Of a DNA stretch of 64,000 nucleotides, positions 54,372 to 64,000 are shown piece after piece. The stretch is from Microthyrium microscopicum (taxonomy: Eukaryota). Positions within the stretch are counted from its first letter, which is position 1. Every line of letters starts with the position of its first letter. The notes beneath the pieces were generated by a model. The model had not been told where the DNA came from. It did not search any database and saw nothing but the letters and a program-made list of their open reading frames with translations. Position numbers and translations under genes: made by a program. The DNA lies in the NCBI GenBank assembly GCA_010405405.1, contig MU004235.1, forward strand, positions 448,538-512,537. The letters are read 5' to 3'.

Positions 54372-54879
54372 ATATGGGCATGGAGCGGATGATGTGTTGC
54401 ATGTGGGATACGGCGTCGGTATAGTCAACTTTATGAATTGACAAACCAGACGAGTCAACAATGAATTGGCCTGGCAAGGGCTCTGAATACCACATTTGCA
54501 GGACTTTGATATGCGTGAAATGTGATAAGTGCACGGCGACGAAAGGACTTCCTCTTGTAGTACCTCCGTTTTGAGGAAGTCTATCAGGTTTGACGAATTG
54601 TGCATGCAATGGATCAAAAACGAAAAGATGTAACGCCGCAGAACAGAAATCGCCTACCGTAGAGCTGTGACGTTCAAGATACGCGTCAAAGCACAGATAC
54701 GGGCGAGACATTTCATATTCAAAAGCAGTGACTTCATTAACGAACAAGAACTATGTCAAGCCAATGCGTTACATGTAATTATATCCGGGGGTATCTCAAA
54801 AACGCTACTACATAACATTAGTGCTCTAAACCAACTATTGTTCAGGAACCGCGCCCAGGAGCAATTCAAAGAGATCCTT

Positions 54880-57800
54880 CTAAGATCTCTTCATAGTAAT
54901 CGAAGGCTCCACCAGCCGGACTCTCCGCTCCTCGCCCAGCAAGTGCTTTACTCCCCTCACTGCCTTGCTCTCTGGAATACTTCGTGAATCACCGCGGACT
55001 AAGCCGTGGCCCGTCTTCAGCCTCGCAAGCTCCGCCTCGCGGTTGAGCTGTGTCCGATAGGGCCCTGGAATGCAGTCGCATAGACAGCCTTCCGTCGGAC
55101 AGGTGCCACCAATTGCAGGATCGTTCTGGATATGTTGCAGACATGCAGCATGTGCACCGTGACCACACACCAGACATGCTTGCCACAGAATTGGATGATT
55201 AGACTGGGCGGGCTGTGGCTCAATGCTCTCTACTGAGGTGAAGAGTGGTTCGTCTGCGACGAAGGCTGCCTTGGTGGCGGTGGAGGGTGTAGTCTGGGTC
55301 TGCTGGAGCTCAGGAGAGATGGCGACCTGTCCAGACCGAGTGTGTGAAGTACTGCCACTTAGCTTGTATTCGCGAGCAAAGAGTGATGCTTTAAGGGCCT
55401 GTTTGCGGGTTTTCTTGGTGCCTTCAAAGGCCGGATATTTCTGCCAGCAGATGGGGCATGGATTTTGGCGTTTGCCACAAGTTTCGCAGTGGAATTTAGA
55501 CACCGGATTATTGAGGGGTTTGGAGCAGGAAAGACAGATGAAAGCGATTTGCGAGTTCTCTGTATTGAAGAGATGTTCGTGGTCTGCATACGCCTTGCGT
55601 GCCAACTCGACGCTTGGAGGAAGGATCTGCAGACTCAGTAGTTGGTCATGATATGAAGAAAGAACGGCTTCATGCTGTGAGCGATTGAGACCATATGTAG
55701 AACGAAAGAGTGCGTTGTCATGTTCCAGTGATTCGACAGAGCTGACGCCCTCTAATGAAGTAATGTATGGCTGCAGAGCAACAGCCAGAATATATAATAT
55801 CTGCACATTCGGGTTTTTGTCTGAGTAGTAGGCATACAACTCCTTCAGCATAGCCTGTACTGACATCGGGTCCAAAGGGGATGATTGGCCCTTTCCGGTA
55901 AAGTCTGATAGTATGTAACTCTCCTGAGTTTGATTGTCAGTTGATTGCGAGTTGTGGAGACCTTTTTCTCGATTCTTGCCGTTAGCAGAGAGTACACCGG
56001 ATCCAGGTTGTCCAGCTGAATCAGTGTAACCACCGCCAGAAAGGTCTCTTTTGCCAAAGTCCATGGAAGAAGAAGATGTAAGCCATGATGACTGCGTCTA
56101 GTTGGCATTAGTTATGGCGTAAGGGAAGGATTCAATTCATTACCTTCGAAAACGTCAACTGCGATTCCGATTTATGTAAGCCTTTGGCAGGCATGAAGAA
56201 GTTTGAATCTAAAGGGGAGGAAAGATCACCAGACTCGAGAATTCGACTCATGCTTGGGCGATGCGACCTTGCACTGTAGGATCTCATTGATGTCCCCATC
56301 TGTTGGGATCCTGATGACGCAGAAAGCATTCCGAAGCTTTCATCTGAATTGTGTCGCTCGAAACGAGGAGGACCTGTAGTACCTGGCGACGGACCCGGCA
56401 TCTCAAACTCCAATGGTTGCCTAGGAACAGCCTTCCAGTTCTGTGATTGGGCCTTTCTAGCATTCATCTCCTTGGCTGTCTGAGACCATTGAGTGTCTTG
56501 GAAGTCGAGCACATCGGAAGAACTTGAGCTAGGATGGGATGTTCCATCTCGCAAGTTGAGAGCCGATGTTGGCGCCCCACGAATTATGGGCTGAGGTAGA
56601 GCTATGTTGTCTTGATTCAAGTTAGGCAGGCTGCCAGTTGAGCTATCTAGCTGCAAAGTACGATGTGGTTCTGCAAGTGGTGTTGGCAGATTCGATGAAC
56701 TTTCGTGGCCTATTAGCAATGCCATATTGGAACCTTCGGGACTAGAGCGACGTAGGGGATTCTTGAGTATTGGGGTAGGTTGATACAGATTGAATCCGAG
56801 TGCTTCCTCGCTTTTGGGCCATTTCCCTTTGGTCTTGCCATTGGACCGAGTATCAGACAGAAGACGCTTTTGGCGGTTTCTCGAAGCACGATGCTGTACT
56901 TCATGCTGAATGGCAGCGTTGAAGAGCCTCCAGGTTTGTGCCACACGATATGCTCCAGTTCGCTCAGCATATTTGGCATTTTGGTCAAAGACCATGCCAT
57001 AGCTTAAGTACCAGTTTACTGTCGGTGTCCTTGGTACGCTAACCGTCTTATACTTTTGTGCAAGATAGGTAAATGTGGGTGAGTTCAACGTCCCATCTAA
57101 GAAACCACGATATGCAATCTGAGCTATAGGTCCACTTTGTTCACGCTTTTTAGAAAGTGTTACACTAAGCTCAACAACCTTACGTAGCTCACCATCTGGG
57201 TACGACGGAGGAGTGCTTGCGGCAGACTTTTCCGATCGATTACTCATGGGTCTGCCGTAACTCAACTTATGCGACGAGCTCAAAAAGCTTTCGTCCAGTG
57301 TATCATCTGCAAGGCTTTTGCTGAGTTCTCCCTTGTCCGAGAAAACGTCGCCAGATTCTCCTTCTCCATTGAAGCTCGGCGGGGCGAATTCGACGTCCGA
57401 TGCTCGCCTACGTGGCCTCTTCTGTGTGAAGACACAGACTTCCCCCGTTGGAGAGATGGCAAAGGCTTGCATCGGGCGTCGATCAATTACCTTGGGCTCG
57501 TATTGTACATCGATTTGTTGAAATGTGCCTTCTCGCCCAACGGACCACAGCAATCTTTGATTGTGCCAAAGCATGTCAGTGGGAGCTGTCGACCAATAGC
57601 AAATTTCTCTCCACGGCATATATGGTCTTCTAAAGTCCCAGAGATGCAAGACAGGGCTGGATTGCCGATCGTAGGATGTCACAAACTGCGTGCATTGCCA
57701 CGAACCGCCGCCTCGATCTCCTGGAGACCAATATTCTGGGCGCCACCTGGCATTCAAGACAGGATACGGAGTTCTAATTGACCACTGAGGCTTTTGTCGC

Positions 57801-58887
57801 CTGGATTCGGAAGAGAAGTCCCAGACTTTGACAGTCTTATCATGACCGGCGCTCATAAGATGCTTACCATCTGGGTGCCAGTCAATAGCAGTACAATACT
57901 TGTCATGGGCATTGATTCGTAGTTTGGGTCCACTTGGTTGACGCCAGTCCCACTTTTGCACTACGCCGCTGTCGGTTGCAAATGCAAAGTCGAGCATGTC
58001 TGTCGGTGACCATTGAACATCACGGACGCCATCGCTTTGCCCTTTATATTTTTCTCTAGAAGAACACTTGGAGACTGCAGCGCGGACATCACGTAGGTCC
58101 CAAAGTAGAACAGTACCATCCTGGCTCCCTGATAGTAGAAGATGACCTGCGAATGGGCTAAAGCCAACTTTATGCACCTGGCGAGTATGTTCATGAAGCC
58201 TCGCTATCTCGGTAGGCTTTTCGACGTCATAAATTGCCACTTTTCCATTGGATGCAGCAGCAGCGATGATATTTGCGAAATCCTTATTAGACCATTTGAC
58301 ATCGAAGATGTCTAACTGCTGGGCAGTACTGGGTCGTTCATTGTCAACCAATGCAGCGCGTATGTTCGTTTCCTCGATTATGGAAGTGCCCTTGACATGG
58401 ATTGTTTGTAGGATATTACGACCGGCAATGACAGCATGGGTTTTGGCTTCGTTTCGATCCAGAGCAGTTATCACCGTACCACTACGTGTCTTGAGGCTCG
58501 AATGTTGGGAAGAGGTAGCTGACCAATGGGTTGCCCTGTAAATCAAGAAATGTTAACAAGGATGTACCAGAAAGCTGCAGAAGGGCGATGCAAGTTTGCT
58601 GCACACTGCAGCTTGCAAGCCATGACAACATTGGAGGAGACAAGTTTTGGGCTCACCGCCACCGAGAAAAGAGACAATATGATACAGCAAAGCTATAATT
58701 GCCGCGCGATGAGTACTTACCCAGGAATTTTCTGGCTGAAGACTGCATTAGATCTACCGCTGTCCTGCCTATTGGTTTGGCTAGGCCGACTAAATGGCTG
58801 AGTTACGAATCGCGCAAAGGCGCTTCTCGCTGACGGCTGCTGAGACCTAGTAGGGGGAAGAGGAGGAGCAGGAGGTATGCTAGACAT
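54880..58887 (-). CDS. RTC1: WD40 plus C-terminal RING-like protein, GATOR2/SEACAT subunit WDR24/Rtc1/Sea2-like; 2 introns
   Basis: WD repeats (LHEHTRQVHKVGFSP..LLSGSQDGTVLLWDLR, VRDVQWSP, INAHDK..IDWHPDGKHLMSAGHDKTVKVWDF) and C-terminal CPICW...CLVCGHGAHAAC..CPTEGCLCDC. Short first exon from ATG 58887. Confidence 0.88.
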
Positions 58888-59449
58888 GATGAAGGTCTCC
58901 GGCGTCTACTCGCGTCAAGGCAAGCGAACGAGTGACAATGACAGGCGCAAGCAGCAAGCTGGCCTAGTCCACAAGGTCATGATCACAATGTACGCAGAAG
59001 CGAAGAGGAAGTTGTAGCTCCAGCACTGATTTGGATGACGTGTTCGGGTATTAGAGAAGCTTCTTCGGCACGAGAAGTGTCTGACAGAACCTGGTAGGTA
59101 TTACCAGTTGGTTACTTGGCTAGACCGATTGGGGAGACGGGAGGATTGCAGTTGTTGACAAAAGCTCCGATAGGAGGCGGGAGAGGGACGGACCGTCCAG
59201 GAGGAAGGAGAAGGATTCAGCGGGAGAATGCGACGCGACTTGTAGATGGTGAGACGCCCCACGGGACTGGGGAGATAGGAAGGTGATCTGGAAGGTTGGT
59301 GAGGTGGGACGGATAGAAAGTCAGCAAGCTCCATTCGATGTGAAGTCGCGATAGTCCCACCTGGCACAATGTATCTAAACATCTAATTGGGCATAAGCCA
59401 ACTAGGTTTCTCAACACCAACACCCCTGACAGAAGGTTCGTTCCAAACC

Positions 59450-62400
59450 CTAGATCCGCGCTAGTCCTAATCTAGGATTAGGAAGTAGAAACACCAAAAT
59501 TTAGCCTTTATTAGCTATTATATCTTTTTGCCTTTTCTATCCCTTTCTATATATTACTTTTGCCTCTATTATAGCCTAAATTCTAGGCTCTAAGAAGATA
59601 CGTTTTATATCTTTAATAGGGTATAAATACTATAGTTATTATAATAGTTAGTTAATTAGATTCTTTAATATTCCTTTTACTAATTCTATATTCTCTAAGC
59701 TATATAGACTATATTCTATTAGTTATAAGCCTAGTATTCTAATATACCTTTATTATTTTATTATTCTATACGTAAATCCTTTATAAACTATATTATTATA
59801 ATCTTCTAAATTCTAGCTATTACTATATACTAGTTTTAGTATTAAAACCTAATGTTTAGATTATAAATTAACTTATAACGTTATTTCTAAAGTTATAATT
59901 ATTACTAAAGCTAGAACTACTATCTAAAGCTACTACTTCTTTAAGGTAGAGTTAGGAAGTACTTTATTTTATCTATCTTCCTCTATAACGACTTATACCT
60001 CTCTTTATTACTTTACTATTTATAATACTTATTTAAATTATTAGGAAGTAATAAGAGAACCTTACTACGTTATTTAATAGTAAGAAAGAATAAAGAATTA
60101 ATAGATTAAATTAAGAAATTGCCTAAAGAAGTAATCTTATAAACTTTAAGAGTATAAATATTTTTCTATCCTTTTCTCTCTTCTTCTTCTTCTTCTCTTC
60201 TTTATTATATATTTTAAGCTTTATGCCTTTACTAGTATTCTTTTTACTATATTTAGCGTTTATATAACCTTTACTATTAAGCTCCTAGTATATTCTTAAT
60301 CTTAATAGTTCTTTAAAAGTCGTTACTCTCTTAAATTCTTAGTATACTAATAGCTTTAGTATTAGTAGTGCTAAAATATACTAATAGCCTTAGTATTTAT
60401 AGAAGTAAAGCATAAGTAATATTTTTTACTATTTTTAGTTACTATCTAGTCTTTTAGTTTTTAATAGTTCTTTTATCGCTATTACTCTCTTAATTTTAAG
60501 GACTTAACTACTAGTAGTCCTTACCTTTAAGGACTTAACCTCTTTACTACCTTAGTACGCTAATAGCCTTAGTATTAGTAGTATTAAATAATGCCTTCTA
60601 ACTCCTTAATAGCAACTATATTACTACACTTACTACTTCTTTTTTTATAGACCTAAGTTACTAAGTAGGTCTTTTAAAAAAACTTACTATTAGTATTATA
60701 TAAACTATTATTATTATTTTTTAACTTTAAGGACTTAACCTCTTTACTACTTTAGCTATAGTAGTACTAAAACCTATGCTACTTTTAAGTACGTTCTAAA
60801 TTCTTATAGAATATTATTAATAATTTTACTATTACTAACCTAATTTTAGTATTTTAGTCTAAGCTTAGTATACTATAACTAAAAGGTATATTTAGTAAAA
60901 ATATATAAATATCTAATTATTCTATATTCTATTCCTAAGTAGAGTAGAAGGAGCATTTAATAAAGATATATAAGTATCTAATTATTCTATATTCTATTCT
61001 TAAGTAGAGAAATATAACGTTAGGCCTAAAACTACTTAAAGAAAAAATCTTAGAGGCCTAGAGAATATAAATATCTTTCTTTCCTTACTTATCCTCCTTC
61101 TCTTCTTCTTCTTCCTTTATACTAAGGTAGTATTTCTTAAATAAAGGTATAAAGATACTAAGGTAGTATCTCTTAAATAGAGTAATAATCTATTAGAAGT
61201 ACTTATTACAAGCTTATGCGTGTTTTCTTTAAATAAACTTAATATAAATTACTTAAATAGGTAATTTCTTAATCTTTAGAGGTATAAAATACTTTCTTTC
61301 TTTTTTTCTTAATTTTTTCTTCTTCTTCTTCTATATACTAAGATAGTTCCTCTAAATTAGAGGAATCTCTAAAATAGCCTACTAAGCTAAAAGAATAAGC
61401 TATAGTAACTTAATATAGTAGTAGCGTTCCTATTTCCTAATTAGAGTAATATTAAAGATATTAGCCCTTATAGAAAGTTAGGTATTATTCCTAAGTATAC
61501 TATATAAACCTTATAGAAGAATTACTTAAAATAGTAACTACTAGAGATCTCTCTATAGTAGTTATATTAAAGAATAGTAATAACTAGTATACCTAAATTA
61601 ACTTTATAAAATAGTAAATATACGCTCTAGATATATAGGATTATATTAATCTAGAAAAAATTAGTTTTTCTTTAAAAGAACTAATACGCCTATCTAAAAT
61701 ACGCTTAGTAAAATTTACTATTTCTTAAGTATTTATAAAGAATAGTAAGAATTAACTTACTTAAATAGTAGAGTTAATTCCTACTTAAGAATATAATATC
61801 CTATTATAGATATATAATTTAGATTACTAAGAGTATTAAAATACTAAAAACGCTATAGTTAAGATTAATAACTTTTTAAATAAGATAATTGTTAGAAACG
61901 GGTCGTTCTAAGTAGGTAAAGACTATAATTATTATAGTTTAAGTAAATACGTAAAAACGAGGACAAGAGTAATTACTAGGAAGTTACTTAGACCTCTATA
62001 ATCCTTCTTCTTTATTACCTAGAGCTATAAGGACTCTACTAAGCTATTTATATTTATAATAGGTCATTATTAGTTAACCTAACTAATAACGCTTTATCCT
62101 ACGTAGATATATCCTATTAGTAGTTATCTTAAACTAGAGGTATCCTAGTTCCTAATATTATCTCTCTTCTTAAGGCTATTTATTCTAAAGAGTATATTTA
62201 AGAGTTCTAATAGATATTTCTTATACTTATATATAGCTTTTAACTATACTCTATTATACTAAGATTTAGAAGAGAATAAGGCTTAACTAAACGTATAGAA
62301 TTAGGTCACTTATACCTTAGGAAGTCTTCTATAGCCTAGTAATATTCTTATTCTTTAGCTTTAGTATATTACTTATTTAAGATAGATAGCCCTCTATTTT

Positions 62401-64000
62401 TTACTTACTCTAAATAAATAGCTCTCTATTTTTTACTAGTCTTAGGCTATAATTAACTATATTAACTTAAACTTAAAGGAGTCTAATTATTAAAATTAAA
62501 TATATTAGTAAGATATTTAATAAGTAATTAATAGCTTTATTAGAGTCTTAATTAGTTAATACTAGCTTTATTAGAGCTAAATTAACCTATCTATAAATAT
62601 AGTATAGTACTACTATTTATATTTAATTAGATCTTATTAAAATACTACTAGATAGTTATCCTATATATAGTATAAGTTATCTAGTTATTAAAATATATAT
62701 AGCTTAACTTAGTTAGTTATACTATATTAGATATACTAAATTTATATTAGTTTAGTATAATTAGCTTTATAGTAGGTTAAGTAGCTATAACCTATATATA
62801 AAACTACTCTATAAGCCTTATTTAGCTCTAGATTAGAGGTATATTTTAATTTTATTTTATATTAAAAAGGGTTCTTAAAAGGGTACCCTTTATATACGTA
62901 TCTTAATACTTCTTATATCTAATTAAGAGTTGTTTTACGTTATTTATAGTAAGGTATTTAAATCCTTACTTAAAAGTTTAGAAACTCTAAGGTTAGGATT
63001 ATACTTTCCTATTTAGGAAGTTATAATCTTTCTAAGTACTTACTATACTACGTATAACTTCCTTTTACTATAAGAAGCTCTTATAGATCTTTACTAAGTA
63101 CTATTATATTAATACTTAGCTATTTTAGGAAGGTAGAGAGATTTAGGTATAAAATAACTCTTTTTACTCTAAATTCTCTATCTCTTATTCTTTATACTCT
63201 AAATCTTAAGGTAAGTAGAAATTCTATAGTTTTATAAATATATATAAAAATTACTATTACTAACCTATTTTGCGTTATAAGTCCCTCTTTAGTAATTATA
63301 AATTTTCTTTTCTTAATTATTAAGTTACTTAGTACCTTTTTAGGTTCTCTTAACCTATTTTAGTATACTTTATATCCTTCTAACCTTTAATAACTTATCT
63401 TAACTAATCTATATACTTTTAAATCTATCTTTATTTAAAGTAGGCATTAATATAAATAAGTTACTTAAAGATTCTATTAAAGGCTCTTAGGTCCTTACTA
63501 AGAACAATTTTAACTCTAGTAAGACTATAGTAACTATTCTTACTAATAATAATATTATTACGTCCTATAATAACTAAATCTTAACTACTAATATTATAGA
63601 CCTTATTAAAGTAGTCTCTAAAAATAAGATAGAGTAAGAATATGCTAATAAAAGTATTATAACCTTACTTAGCTTATTATAGTATTACTTAATCTTAAAT
63701 CCTTATTAGCGTTATATAGAGGTCTATATTATATATTTTCCTCTTTCTTTAACTACTAAACTTTACCTTATTCCTAACTTAGACTATTATTATACTTAGC
63801 AAGTTAGTTTAGATAAGTACTTTATTAAATACCTTAATATAAAGTTAACTAAAGATTATCTAAAAGTAATATCTTATTTTAGCTTATTTTATATTATATT
63901 ATACTAATATAAGTAGGTTATTCCTTATTAGAACTTTTATAATAAGGCTAAGCTTATCTTAGTTTATATTATAATTAATAAGGTTATTTATACTCTTAAG
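59450..64000. mobile_element. RIP-degenerated repeat or transposon relic(s); element family not identifiable by eye
   Basis: Abrupt shift to very AT-rich sequence with abundant TpA and near absence of CpA/TpG. The ORF track lists no ORF beyond 59423. Internal degenerate repeats are present. Confidence 0.85.

Noticed and set aside
61890..64000. Possible retrotransposon pol remnants and an LTR start (TGTTAGAAAC at ~61890)
   Set aside because: No RT, RNase H or integrase motif could be convincingly reconstructed, so the family is left unassigned.

Overview
Eukaryotic DNA from a filamentous ascomycete: short GT..CTRAC..AG introns, fungal housekeeping genes and a RIP-mutated block. Positions 1-58.9 kb hold about 22 protein-coding genes: a DnaJ C-terminal-domain protein (truncated at the window edge), a secreted globin-like protein, NDUFA2/NI8M, MPC2, a GPI-type carboxylesterase, two MFS transporters, a DUF4470-MYND protein, three paralogous F-box proteins, SKP1, CLA4, an acidic orphan, an ABCB/MDR transporter, an LDAH-like hydrolase, HMG-CoA reductase, a NUDT19-like Nudix, two small secreted beta/gamma-crystallin-like paralogs, RPS21 and WDR24/RTC1. 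From about 59.45 kb to the end is an AT-rich, CpA/TpG-depleted repeat relic. The most notable observations are: (1) SKP1 with a divergent cullin-facing half sits directly upstream of two co-oriented F-box paralogs, with a third 8.5 kb away, and all three share an intron position and a Cys/His C-terminal domain; (2) a candidate one-nucleotide exon in the ABC transporter; (3) the tandem crystallin-like secreted pair; (4) a secreted, possibly GPI-anchored truncated-globin-like protein. Exon structures were read by eye and family calls come from motif recognition; no database search was run.
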